In this document: piece after piece, positions 24,501 to 37,151 of the stretch | How positions within the stretch are numbered: position 1 is the stretch's first letter | Layout: each line of letters opens with the position of its first letter | DNA from: Hydrolagus colliei | Taxonomy: Eukaryota | Length of the DNA: 64,000 bases | Reading direction: 5' to 3' | Assembly: GCA_035084275.1 (NCBI GenBank) | Contig: CM068757.1 | Span: 7,936,001 to 8,000,000, forward strand | Position numbers and translations under genes: made by a program | The notes under the pieces: generated by a model | Told to the model about the DNA's origin: nothing | Seen by the model: only the letters and a program-made list of their open reading frames with translations | Databases searched by the model: none

Positions 24501-25496
24501 ATATATTAATGATTTGGATTCACCAACTCACAAGATCACAAAATTGGTTTAGATTAAGAAAGTGCTTTGGCTTATTTGATCTCAACCTTCCAGAGTACAG
24601 TACTCATTCTATCATTCTCTCTTTACAGCATCACGCTGCTTGTTGTTGCTAAATGTTGCCCTTGTGGCTTTGTAACCCTTCCCCCAATTGTTAACCAGTC
24701 ATAGTGACCATCAACATAGTGAGTAATAATCATAATTAATATTAATTTTGCAATTGATATAATACCTTTCACAGGCTATACTTTAAAATATAGTGATTGT
24801 ATAGTACATTGTTATGTGAGTGAGCCCAGCAACCAATTTGCACAGAGCAAAGTCCTATAAAAAGACATCAAATGAATGACCAGTGAATTTTATCTAGGGG
24901 ATTGTTGGCGAAGTGCGGAGAACGGGATAACAATATATTGATGTGAGACAGCTAAAGAGATCCTGAAAAGTAAGTGAGCTATGGGAAGAGAGAAAGGAAG
25001 CAAAGTGATTTACTCAGGGATGAAAATACATTGCAAATATAATCAGAATGCTGAAAATGCAAATTAAATGATTAGTGCTCTTACCAAAAATGATTTTCAA
25101 AGGGATCCATTGTACTACGGTAAAAAGACTGTGCTCTCTGTGTTGTCCTTACATTTGTACAAGATGGTTGTTTTTACACAAAGCGTTTTTTTTTAATGGC
25201 ATTAAACACAAAAGGACACAGGGCAATTTTTCCATAAGTAAATCAATAATGCAAGTAAGTAAATCAAAACAAACCATTAGCTCAAATGCAAGGTAGAGGA
25301 GAAATGCACCTCTGTACTGTTGCAGATGAGAGGCATAAACATTATTGTGACCTTAAGCCTATTGGTTTCTAAATTAAGATTATGAAGAATTTAAAATAAA
25401 ATAATGGTTTGTTCCGTATTAAAATATTAAGGCAGCATCTTGAGAATCTAATTAAAAACTTCCCACCAGAAGGCAGGTGGTTTTAGATTTCAGTGA

Positions 25497-25770
25497 AACA
25501 ACAACTCACATTTATTTGCATTGGGTCTTTCATCTAGGTTGAACTATCCCAATGTTCTTAACAGAAATGATAGAAAGCACCAAGCAAGGAGAAAGAGAAT
25601 ATTGACCTTAGGCGTGTTCAAAAAGATCAGTTGTAAGAGCGTTCGGCAGGAAGGCAGGGAGAGAAGGAGTCAGGGAAAGGGATCTAGGGAGAGTTCTGGA
25701 GAGCTGCGGTTCAGTGGCTCAAGGCTTGGTATTAATGGTGGGACAGAAGGCAATGAGGAATGAGCAGCAG
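25497..25770 (-). mobile_element. Old L2 LINE 3' remnant
   Basis: aacaacaactcacatttat tail followed by purine-rich antisense ORF2 end (gggagagttctggagagctgcgg). Confidence 0.55.
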
Positions 25771-26618
25771 ACCAGAGTCAGACGAGTCGAATATGTGATA
25801 TATCATATGTATGATAAATATCAAAGCTGGGATATGAGTCTGGACTATGAATGTGAACTTGGTGCTATATTTTTGAAGCTCCCAGACTGGCCTCAGGGCC
25901 TTCTTTGATGTGTAGCATTCGTCACCTACACTGATAAATATACACTTTCACTGAAATTGGAGTCAGATTCGTATCATGTCACTAGCTCAGCCATATGATG
26001 GTGTATAATGAATTTCACAAGGAAGGAAAGCAGTGGCAAAGCTAATACAATTAAATGATAACAGTCACCACTTGAATACTGTACAAGAAAGTAACATCTG
26101 CAGACAGATGCTCTCTGGCTTTTTATCAGTCAGGATGCGGTGATTATGTTGAGTACAATTACCTGCAGTGACTCTTATTGGTGCTTTGTTACTTTCCAAC
26201 ATCAAACGCATCGGGATTAGGTTTTCATTCGCAAGCTGCTTCTGTTTACAGAGAGGGGCTGAGGTTGACAGAGAATTTCATTTAACCTCTTCAATACTGA
26301 TCCTTTGATTCCAGTTTTCCTAAAACTACCCAACGCTCATTACCAGGTAACAGAGTAGCTGCTACCTGGTGTGCAAAAACTAGCACCGGTACGACTGGCC
26401 GAATTCTCTCCCTTTCCTTTGTGTCTGTAAACTGCCTATGGAGTCAGTATAGCAGTATTCCCAAACAGTTTGTCTTCTTTATTTAAGAAACTTTATTAAA
26501 ATGTGTATCCCTCCAACCCCTGAATAATGATCATGCCCAAAAACCCATCTGGAAAACCCTGAATGTCCCCTCGCTCAGGGAGGATCATTTTTGAGTCTTA
26601 AACATGGCCCAATGTAAC

Positions 26619-27124
26619 TAATAATAATCATAATCTTTGCATTTGATATAGCGCCTTACCACACTGGTGAGACATCTCAAAGCGCTTCACAAAATATACT
26701 GTAAAATGGATTGCCTGGGTATTTTGTGGGCAAAACGCTGCAGTCGACATCACACAGCAGTGTCCCACAAACAGTCGTGGATTGAGTGACTAATTTTTTG
26801 TGGTGGGTATGGGGGGATTATTACTCCCGGAAAGCAATCCACCAATCACCAAGCAAATGGGTCCCTACTTACTGCTGGATAAACAGAGGCATGTAGAGTA
26901 AGCAAATTTGCCTACGATTTTGCCCTGCCAGGTTCTCTCGCTTTCGAAGTGAGTGCTTTTTTGTGAGACACTGCTGTGCACAATTGGCTGCCGCGTTTCA
27001 CCCACAAAACACACATACCACTTTGTGGTATATGCTGTGATGCGTTTTGAGATTTCTTGAAGGAATGGTAAGGTGCAATATCAAATGCAAAGATTATTAT
27101 TTAACCAGTACCCTACAGGTCTCC
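26619..27124 (-). mobile_element. Full-length tRNA-SINE, long variant, with the head interrupted by a nested SINE
   Basis: Head ...gtgagtgctt resumes as taaccagtaccctacaggtctcc after the insert. Confidence 0.85.
26959..27101 (+). mobile_element. 5'-truncated tRNA-SINE nested in opposite orientation
   Basis: ttgtgagacactgctgtgcacaattggctgccgcg...tcaaatgcaaagattattatt. Confidence 0.85.
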
Positions 27125-27889
27125 ATAAACAAGAACTACCGCAAGTTAGATCTTGTTGACACTTCGCCTTTCTGGCACTGCAGGTTTGAAGAGCAGTTTA
27201 AATCCTGTTAAACGATTAACTGGTTAAGGCAGAAGACATTATGCTTTGATTTCTAATGCATTGTCTACATGGTTTCTTCAAATGGCCATTTGTAATGCAG
27301 TAGATGCGTTATGAGACAACAGCCAAACTGCGGAACTGTTCTCGGGAGTGTGTTTTATAGGCATTTTTTTACCACAGGGAATCCTATAATGTGTGTTATT
27401 GCAGAAGTCATAGTACATTAGAGACTATTACAGTGTGAGCTAATATTTGTAGCTTGCCCTTTTTAGTCATTTATGCTGCAACTAAATCTAAATGAAGACA
27501 TTGATATATCCAGAATGATCTTTAAAAAGACTGTTTGGAGGATGACTGATGATGTACAATGTAGCACAAACAATTAAGGAATTTCTTCCGCCTAGAATAG
27601 GTATCTCTTCCTGTGAAGTATTTTCCTGTTTATTTATGATGTTGATGATTATTCTGTCTCTTGCCTCTTGCCTCCACACTGACATGACGTTGTCCCTCAA
27701 ATCCAGGTGATGATAGAGACCTCAAAATAATCCCAAACAAATCGTTCTCGTGGCAGGTCGATAAACACCTTAAAATTAGGGCAAAACAGGTGGGTATTGA
27801 GACAAGATGTTCATTCTGTTTGCAGAAAGTAATACGAATTTGGAATACACTATCCCAGAAAGCTATAGTTCAGAAATTAATTGAGGAAA

Positions 27890-28046
27890 TCATGGAAAAG
27901 ATGGATAGATATCTAGGATGTGGAAAAATACGGGGATGTGGCAAAAAAAAGCAGTGAAACTGGAATAAGGGCTGTTGTGGTTTGTGGCAGAGAAGATTCA
28001 AAGGGTGAAATAGACTTTTCTTATTCTTAAATTTGCATATATTCTT
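27890..28046 (+). mobile_element. CR1 LINE 3' end
   Basis: ggaaaagatggatagatatctagg...ggggatgtgg...aaatagacttttcttattcttaaa. Confidence 0.6.
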
Positions 28047-29417
28047 ATTTATGTAACACATCATAATCCCTCAACAACAGACAAGAAGACTTCATTCGCG
28101 GCATCAATTCCACCTTGTTGCTCTGATCCTGTGTGAAGTCCTCAAGTTACCAGCCCAAACCCAGGGAGAATAGATTCACCATCTTAGGTAAGAGACTATT
28201 GATTTTCTCAGAGTTTCTGCCTCACCCTTCCCAACCCACTTGCAGCCTTGCTTCTATTTCTTTCTCCGATGTTTGTCATAGAGTTGATTCATTTGCGAGA
28301 GAAAAAGACTGACAAAATAGTACCAGTGAATAGCACTAGTACAACAACAACAACAACAACAACCACAACTTGCGCTTATAAAGCACCTCTCAGGCAGGGT
28401 TGCATCCCAGAGTGCCAAAGGACAGTGCCTTTTGTATGTGATTCCACCCTTGCTTTGAAGCAGATAGCAATAGCGGAGGTGGTAACAGCAAATAACTGTT
28501 TATTTCTGCAAGGATGGTATTACAGTTTTTTTTTAAAGTATGAACTATCAAATAAATGTATTAGATAGGAGTCCAGAAAGAATTTACTAATATCGCAGAA
28601 CACATGATTATTCTTTGAATCAAAATAGGACAACACATTTACTCCAAACACACAAAATTCACACAGTGAACTCACACAGTGAGTACCTCTAGTGAAGCGC
28701 TTTGAGAGAGCTTATAATAATTATTAATAAAGGTAGAGTTTTAAAATGGCTGCCATGATTCTAGCTTTGCTAGCTCTGTACAAAACTAACTGCCCTTGTC
28801 TCAACACACCTGTTTGAGACATTAATATGAGAACTCAATCAGCCTTTTTTTGTGTTTTGAGAATTTAGTTTCCATAATATAGAATAAACCATCATTATAA
28901 CTTGTTATTTGGGATACTGCCAAACCACACATTTTAATCAGGTACAGAGGTACCATCTGTGAAAGGCAGATGGTGAAACTTTTTCAAGGGATCCTCTCAC
29001 CTTTGGACAATTAATGAAGTGAGAGAGGCAGCTGACTTACTATTGCCTTAAATGTATCTTTCGCAACTTTGCATTATTTCTGGCTTTTGGCCAGTTTCAG
29101 AAGTTTTGAAACAGAACCCTAGTTCTTCTGTTAAAAAAAATTGGAAGATAAAGTGGAGCAGATGCAGTATATAGGTCATAATAAGAAGGATTAATAAGGT
29201 ACGTCTCTCTCAAAATCACAGAATTTCCTTTCACTCGGATTTATAGCTTGACTAGTTTTGTCTCGGTCGCTGTTTGTGTGTCTTCGAAAATGTTGCTTGA
29301 AATTATGTGCTTTCAGTCAGAAAATTAAATAATCTTGTATCATTATACCCTTGCTCAGGGCAATGCATTTTTTAACCAAAGAGAGAACGAGAGTGAATGA
29401 GTTGATATGGATCCTCA

Positions 29418-29605
29418 AATAATAATAGTAATAACAACAATAAAATATTATAATAATCCTTTCATTTGATATAGCACCTTATCAAGTCATTGAGACGTCA
29501 CCAAATGCTTCATGGAACTTATTATAAAGAGATTTGGCTCTATATGCTGCAGGCAAAATCACATGTAATTCCAGCCAAGTGTAGTGACTGTATTTTGTAG
29601 AGAGA
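29418..29605 (-). mobile_element. tRNA-SINE 3' fragment
   Basis: aataatcctttcatttgatatagcaccttatc...gagacgtc. Confidence 0.7.
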
Positions 29606-30257
29606 TACAATCAAATACAAACACAAATCCTTTGAAGTAAGGGTCGAGGATTGTTCTGCTGTGCAAGCTTGGGTCATTCCAATGCGGCGAGAAAAAGAAA
29701 GCGATGTTCAGGATCAGCCTGAGGAAAGAAGATCAAAGGCCATCGACTTGCCATTCCATAGCTTCTTGCTAAGTCAGTATCGGGGAGCCTTGCCCATCCC
29801 AGACATATCATTAGAATACGATTGCTCATTGTGCAACAAAAGCATTCACTGTGCCATCTGCGAATCGAGATTGCTGCTTCATTACCTGGTACATTTCCTT
29901 ACCCTGTAGGGAAACAGCTAGGAAAGGTCTAATGATACATTGCAGTGGTGTGTAGATGCTGCAGCTGGGGAGAGCTAATGAGTGGGAACTAATGTCCCAG
30001 CTCACATTGTTGCTGAACCAGTTTTGTTGGAGGGAGCGAGGGGAAGGAAACAATGGAGGGCGGGGGCAGGATAGGGTTGGCTTGGATTGGATGCAGAGTG
30101 TAGAATCACCAACAGTGTTCTGACAAGAGCAGTGAGATTCATTGACCATTCATTTCTATTATCATATTCCTTCAACGTAAGGCCATTGAGTGGGTTCTGA
30201 GTCTGAGGGCCCTGCATTGGTTAAGCACTCTGTGATGAGAATAAACTGTTTCGTTGA

Positions 30258-30385
30258 AATGTCTCAAAGCGCTTCACGGAATATGCTGCAAAGTGGAGTG
30301 ACTGTGTATTTTGTGGGTGAAACACGGCGGCCGATTGCGGATAGCAGTGTGCCACAAACAGGTGTGGATTCAGTGACCAAATTAT
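30258..30385 (-). mobile_element. tRNA-SINE body fragment
   Basis: tctcaaagcgcttcacggaatatgctg...gcggccgattgcggatagcagtgtgccacaaac. Confidence 0.8.
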
Positions 30386-30494
30386 GATACCAGCAACCTA
30401 ACCTACAGGTGTTTAAGGATGTGGTTTGTGGTAGACAAACTGTAACATTTCCATGATTTTCCAACCTCTCTCTAGAATGGGGTAAAATCCATTT

Positions 30495-30604
30495 TGTCCA
30501 CAAAATATACAGTCAATTCACTTTACACTTTATATTCTGTGAAGTGCTTTGAGACATCTCAAAGATGTGATAAGGCGCTATATCAAATGCAAGGATTATT
30601 ATTA
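30495..30604 (+). mobile_element. tRNA-SINE 3' fragment
   Basis: ccacaaaatatacagtcaattcac...aggcgctatatcaaatgcaaggattattatt. Confidence 0.88.
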
Positions 30605-31989
30605 GTGTCTGAATGTTAAAGGGTAGGATTCTAGCACAATGTGCCTTCCAGTGTCTGTGTTTTCAGGTGACGTCAGAATTGTAATTTCTATTCATTGATT
30701 TTTCCTCACCTTGGCAGATGAGAGAAAGTATGTTTGAAATGTAAATTCCTGCTTAAGTGGGAGTTTTTATTAAACAAAATTTACATCGGGCTCCTTTGAA
30801 AAGCTGCTCGGTTCGGTGAAATAGTTGCGTACATTATAAGCTGTACATCATTATTAAGGCATGGTTCAAGCAAAAATGATGGCTCTCCCTGGATTTCAGC
30901 AATGATGTAACAATAACTTAACTGAAGATGAAGAGAATATTGTACGATTTATGGGAGAACAATGTGCTCCTCTATTCTCATCCAACCTGTAGCATTAAAT
31001 CAAAAGCTTGAAAGTATAAACTTGCAAACCAAATTGATGACTGGCCAAAAGCACTCCCTTTTAAATGTAATGGACATTTTATGTTTGCTGAATTCATTGG
31101 GTGGAGGGGAACGGGATTTTAAGAACATAAAACCCAGTTTTCTAGGCGAATGATGACTATGGTCCATCTAGTTTGCCTTCCACTATCTTGGCAGCTGTTT
31201 GACATGTCGTGTTCCAAACTATATACTGTCTCCCAATACAGTATGTACTTTGCTTATTTTTATACAGTATTTCTCTCCCCTCTGCCAACTCGGCTGAAGG
31301 CACTGTCTTTAGATTGTACTGGAAGTCCTTCCTCTCCCACCAAGGCCTATCTCCTTTCTTCCCAGCTCAGGATCAAACTATGATATTGTTCAGTGCTTCG
31401 AGATGCTACCCTGCATGAAGGGAATCGAATAAATATGTTGTTGAACATCCAAACAATAACTGCATATGCCACTTACCCTCTGAAATTCCAAGTCTACAAG
31501 CCTACACACATAATATGGTGGTGATATAGGTGTTTCCCTCAACTCCATTGCTATTAACGGTCAACCCTTTTATCCAGTATGTCCCTGCTCTCTGCAATTC
31601 TCTCAGAAAATCCCTTATCTTTCTATCTTCTTTGTTCTCAGTGTTTCCCATTATCCTTGTGAAATGCTTTGAGTGGTTCAACTTACATGAAATGTGCAAA
31701 GTAATTAAATAAAGTTGTTCATGACACAGTAAAATTAACAATAATAATCATTGCATTTGATCTCGGGCAAATTGGTTACCATGTTTGCTTATCAAATACA
31801 CAGTCACTACATTAACAATAATTTTTATCAAGCACTTTAGGACCACTCATGACGTGATAGGTGCTGTATAAAATGCAAAGGCTATTTTATTAAAATGACA
31901 GTATTGGTCTGCGTGCACGATCATGGCAGAGGTCTCTAAAATGTTAATTATTTTACATTGCCGAATAAGAGATATAATTGGGAACATAC

Positions 31990-32620
31990 TAGTACATCCT
32001 GTACTAATTGTTGTCTGTATTTAAAGCAGCTGTTTGCTCATTAAACCACGGCTAATCCGCGGTGGCGTGCCTTTGAAATGGTTCCTTCTTTTGCCGATCA
32101 TTAGTGCAAAAAATCCAACAACAACTGCTTTTAAATAAATGCGGCAATTAACAGTAATTAGAGCCAGGCTGCTCAGCAAACTGCTATCGGGTTTTGAAGA
32201 GTTCTTTCCATTCCTCATTTTTTACAATAGCTCAGTTTCTAAGTGCGCCTGAGCATTCACATCACGCTCAGGTGCTGCATGTGGGAGCTGTCCTTTGAGT
32301 GCCGAAAAGCTCTCTCTGACTGCTCAATAAATGTTTTCTGGCACAAACTGTATATTTTTCGAAAATTATGCTCAGTGGCGGTTGAGTGGCACAACTTTGC
32401 CTTGAGTGACGACGGCATTCAATCTGCCGCAACATGGAGCTCGCATTGCTTTTTTAGTGTTCGTATTACAAGGTGTAATAACTAAGGGGCTACTGGTGGC
32501 AACTACAACAATGATAGATATCTCTTGAATTTGACCCCGCTGATCGTGTGAGCACGAAAGGATTTGGAGAAATTGCATTGAGTTAACTGACGGCACCTGA
32601 TTTTTCGGCGTAGCCCACTG
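31990..32620. promoter_or_regulatory. Putative conserved non-coding enhancer block
   Basis: Repeat-free and CpG-retaining, with TAATCC, CTTTGAA and clustered TAAT/ATTA motifs; conservation not tested. Confidence 0.3.
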
Positions 32621-32861
32621 TAGATTCCAATGACCTTGGTTCAGCTAACTCTCCATCTTCTCATTTTTTAAAATATATATAACTTGCATTTTTATTGCTG
32701 CTTAATCATGTCTCAAAGTGCTTCGCAGGTCATTTCTGGCACATTTTGGTTTATCAAGATTTCTCACCTCTTTGTGCAAAGCCAGCAAGCAAACGGTGGA
32801 GACTCTATGAGTTGCTAGAGTTGCTCTAAAAAGCAACTTTATAAGAACATTTACACCACAA

Positions 32862-33135
32862 TCCTGCCCATTCCCCTGCCCTTTTCCCATTCCTCACTTC
32901 ATCCTGTCTGTGCTGCTTCTCTGAAAGTCGCCCGTTTTGTCCCAATCTCCTGCCGTTTCCTATACTTCTTTACAGATTTTAGCTTATTCTCTCTTAGACT
33001 CTGCTGTTAATCTGAATGCCGCCTCAAACATCATTCTAGATCTTCTCCCAACTTTCTCTGATTCTTGAGAAAAAACACCCCCTGTTCTTCCAGTCTCTCC
33101 TGATACGTAAAACCTCTCACCCCTGTTATCATCTC
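32862..33135 (-). mobile_element. CR1 ORF2 3' remnant
   Basis: aactttctctgattcttgagaaaaaacaccccctgttcttccagtctctcctgatacg...ctctcacccctg is the typical antisense CR1 signature. Confidence 0.6.
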
Positions 33136-34043
33136 ATCTGATATGTAACTTAAAAGCCAGCAGAACCTTATGAGAAAAGGGAGAAATCTAGACTAGAATG
33201 CCTGAATTGAAAGGATGAGAAGAGCACAAAGGTATGGAATTATCATTTTGAATAGTGTAAGAAATTAAAAACATAATGAAAGATGGGAGAAATGCTAAAG
33301 TCAGTTAAGAATAGCTCAGATGAGCAATAGAATGGGCAAGGGAGAGTGAGTAGGTGATAGTGGATAGGAGCAGAAATGATCAAGAGATATATTTTTGCAC
33401 AATGCAGGAAAAGAGTTAGACTTAAAAATATTAGAAAAAACAGAAATTGGAAACTTCATTCTTCAATACATCTCTGTGATGGAAGATACAACAAACTCAC
33501 ATTTGTTAATCCGTTACCAATGTAAAGGTCAGTTATGAGGTGTATACTGCAATTCTCAAGGAGATTACTTTTTAAAAAATTGTATTTTTAATTCCGCAGT
33601 TCTGCAAAGTTTAGTGAGTGCAACAAAGAATATGCCCAACCAAATTCATATACATTACAATGAAACAAACACAAGTAAACACATGTACAAACTATACAGG
33701 CACAATCAGAACTAAACACATACACAACTAAGTAGAAATGCAATTCAGAACATGCTCAGCTCTGTAATCCAGCTAGTTACATTTTTTTAATGTTACAGAG
33801 CCAATTACTGCTGTGGCTTGAGCTTGGCTGACTGATTGCTTTACTTTTTTATCCTGCAAAAAATGTCATCATTAACAAATGAAAAATAGATTGTTTTTGC
33901 TGGAAAATCACGTGATACTTAAAGCATGCAGATCTGGAAGTACAGTGCTACATACAGTGCGAGCAGATCTTGCCACTTCTTGCTCTGAACACAGATTTCA
34001 TTTTATTGGGAAATCGAAATGGTTTCGATACTCTTATTATAAG

Positions 34044-34206
34044 AATAATAATCCTTTCATTTGATTATAGCGCCTTAGCAAGTCTTCAAGCCTCTTCAAA
34101 GTATTTCACAGAATATACTGTAATGTGGATTGACTGTATATTTTGTGGGCGAAACATGGCAATCATTTGCACACAAGGTGCTATGTCAAATGCAAGCATT
34201 TTTATT
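34044..34206 (-). mobile_element. tRNA-SINE fragment fused to an oppositely oriented tail
   Basis: Minus tail at left; plus tail aaggtgctatgtcaaatgcaagcatttttatt at right. Confidence 0.8.
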
Positions 34207-34629
34207 GAAAGCCATAGCCACTCTGGGGAGATGAATGTCACTAATGCTTCACTAAGGATGTGTACCCCTGTGGAAGGTGAAAGATAGAGAGGAAAAAAAT
34301 TGCCAAGCAAAAGGCAACGGTCCATTACAGTACATCGCTCTGGCCCCAAAGGTTAAAGTTATAGTGACCCATGTGACTGCAGAGGTAAATTGTTGAGGGG
34401 AAATGTCTGGAATGAATTATTAATCACTTTATTATTCTGCCTAAACTGTACCAATTTTCACCTACTTAAAGCAAAACTTTAAATAAAAGGTAAAATTACA
34501 CAGAAGCGCTCCGGGTTACTTAAATAAAATATGTGAGTATAACAAATGGTGCAGTTTCCTCAGCCACAAAAAAACAATTTGCATTTGCAAACCACTGGAT
34601 GCCTTTCGCCTGTGTACGAGTGGCAATTT

Positions 34630-34675
34630 GTGTGTGTATATGTGTATGTGTATGCATGCGAGTGTGTGCATGCAG
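34630..34675. repeat. Degenerate (TG/TA)n microsatellite
   Basis: tgtgtgtatatgtgtatgtgtatgcatgcgagtgtgtgcatgc. Confidence 0.7.
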
Positions 34676-35599
34676 ACATACTGCAGTGGCAGTCAGCACA
34701 CGACAGCTTGTGCACTAGTGGTGCGTCTGCACCAGTCAGGACGGTTTTTTGCATTATTTGCGGCGAGCGATTCAGTTCGAATTTGAAGGCTACGTCTCCT
34801 TGTTCTGGCCTCATACCTCGAATCACCTAGGATTAATAGACAAATTCCTGCCAGATTGTATGTCTCTGTATAAATTACAAACAACTACAGTCACTGCACG
34901 TTTCCCTGCTGGAACACTTATGCGTTTTGTACCTATTGCCAGGATCAGGCATTCCCTGCTGGCATATTACACAGGTCAGATGTGATGGGAGAGTTCCCAC
35001 TGCACTGTCCTTTCACATGCTTTAACTTCAGCTTCAGACATGCCTAATGGATTATTCCCATATATTCTATCCTTCTGACCTCTCTGAAGACCGAATGGCA
35101 AATTACTGCTGAATTTGAGGGCAGTGATATCCTGTGGAGTCCTCTGTTCACTGGGAGCTGGATACAAATTGCCTCAAATTCATTTCACTCAGAGAAGCAG
35201 CTCGTGAAATGCAATCTGGGATGGACTCAAGCCCAGGGTCCCAGAGGTGAAAGGATAGTGTTCGAATTCACTGTGCCATTTAGTCTGTCCCTTCCCCTCA
35301 TAGAAAAACCCACAGCATTGAATACCACAATCCATCCCCCTTCCCTCTGTGTGATGTACAGAGACCTGTAATCTGCCGGATGCTCAGTCAACTTTAATGT
35401 AATTACTGTCTGTTTCAAGGTAGAAGCCTAGCCTGAGTGGCCGGCATCACTAGCAATACCACTCGCTCCCCCTCAGTACACAGCACAAATTCCACTGTAA
35501 TGTACCCAACAGCAGCTCCACTGAACCAAGTGCTTGGCCAATGGGCCACATAGGCTTAGTAGGTAGCCCCGTTCACACATCTGGCAACGCATATGCAAG

Positions 35600-36330
35600 A
35601 GTTCATACTGAAACCTAAGGCAATCATGGATTGCACTGATTATTAGTAGGAATGCAATATATTCCGAGCAGTCTCTCTCTCTTGACTGGCCTGTCCGCGG
35701 GACATTGATACAGTTCTCCTGCTTTGGGGTGCTCTGAATAGCACATGGCTGATTGATAAGGAGGCTGCAGTGGATTCTGCTCCCGCTAATTGTCTTTGAA
35801 ATGCCCTCATTAATCACAGTGAGGACTGGCTCTGAGGAGAGGCCTGTCAGCATCGCCCCTGATCTTCGCCTGCTCGGCCCACTGCACCAGACCTGGCTCA
35901 ATGCTGAAATCGCGGTCTCTCCCAGTGCTCAAACCTCTTTGCGAGTTGCAATCATGCACCTGGCTTTAACGGAACAGGGAATTGCCTGGCGTGGATGCAA
36001 CGTGCACCCCAGAGACTAATTTAACTGTCCCTGTAGCTCCCAGGCTCATCATCATGCACCGCGGGGCAAAATGAATAAACAAATGCTATCACTTCTTCAG
36101 GTAACTTTCCTGCAAAAAAAAAAGTGAGAGCGATTAGTGTGAAAAACAACTTGAATTTTTCACAAAGAAATGACAGCTTTCTGGACCGCAGCAGCAGGTT
36201 CTTTGGAAGGAAAAGACAGGAGGTTATAAACAACACTATGTTAAGACAAGGCATTAGGATTTTGTGCCCCGGTTAGCGCCCAGCAGTGCGCATCTTACTT
36301 TCATTAAGAATTGTGATAGGAATGCCCTCC
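35600..36330. promoter_or_regulatory. Putative conserved non-coding enhancer block
   Basis: GC/CpG-elevated unique sequence with PBX-HOX TGATTGAT (35750-35757), MEIS CTGTCA (35844-35849) and TCF CTTTGAA. Confidence 0.35.
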
Positions 36331-36375
36331 GTTGCTTGAGGTGAGACTTTTAAAGGGGCTCCGACGTCATGAGAG

Positions 36376-36615
36376 AACAACAACTTGCATTTATACAGCG
36401 CCCTTCATGCAGGAATAACTTCTCGGAACACTTCACAAAGACATGGTCAAACGCTGAGCAAGGTAAAGGGAGTGGGGGGAGGGAGGAAGTTAAACATTGC
36501 CGCAGCCAAAGAGGTAGGCTTCTTTAAGTGGGATTGAAAGAGAAGTGTTGGGAGGTGGGGGAGGGGGTCAAGATAGTGCAGAATCTGTATGGTTCCCAAG
36601 CTGTTCATGAGCAAG
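36376..36615 (-). mobile_element. L2 LINE 3' remnant
   Basis: aacaacaacttgcatttatacagcgccc tail; antisense ORF end LLFQSHLKKPTSL resembles the L2 FKSxLKTxLF motif. Confidence 0.65.
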
Positions 36616-36689
36616 CAATGGACTTTAACGCAAATTAAATTAAGATGTGAAAGCAACTAGGTTTGTCCAGCACTTGCTGTGAAGATGAA

Positions 36690-36905
36690 AACCCCCCCTT
36701 CAACCATTTGATCTCATCCTTCTAGAATGCCCACCCTACTGTCCTTCTAGAATGCCCTTGCACCCTACTGTCCGACCCTACAGTCCTCCCATCACAGCAT
36801 TAGGCTGTTTCTTAAATGAGTCCTGTGTCTTGGCCTCTCCCGACGTGAAAGGTGCTTTATAAGTGTAATTTGTTGTTGTTGTTATCTGGTAACACATTCT
36901 TGTGG
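36690..36905 (-). mobile_element. CR1 3' remnant with internal tandem duplication and nested L2 tail (36841-36883, +)
   Basis: tccttctagaatgccc occurs twice; cgacgtgaaaggtgctttataagtgtaatttgttgttgttgtt is inserted before tctggtaac. Confidence 0.65.
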
Positions 36906-37041
36906 AGGCATCGTGGACTTTATACACACACTGTTGAACATGTTTTCATTCCATAATTGAATTGTTTTAAAATACTGTTTATGTAATGGAAAATTGCCTG
37001 TGAGTCATGTGACAATATTGAGGTAACATCTTTTTTCCATA

Positions 37042-37151
37042 ACCCCCAACACCCTGCCTCTCTCTCTCCCCCCGCCCCCCCACACCTCCTCCCCCCCCCC
37101 CCACCTCATCCCCCCCACACCTCCTCCCCCCCCCCCCACCTCCTCCCCCCC
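37042..37151. repeat. C-rich low-complexity/minisatellite tract (G-quadruplex potential on minus strand)
   Basis: Repeated cacacctcctccccccccccc units. Confidence 0.85.

Noticed and set aside
25463-25477. CTCF-like motif ccaccagaaggcag (also about 49654)
   Set aside because: Mismatch at a core position; a single motif is not supportable
34560-34884. Overlapping short ORFs in the CpG-rich patch
   Set aside because: No recognisable domain, weak splice signals, and they run into a microsatellite
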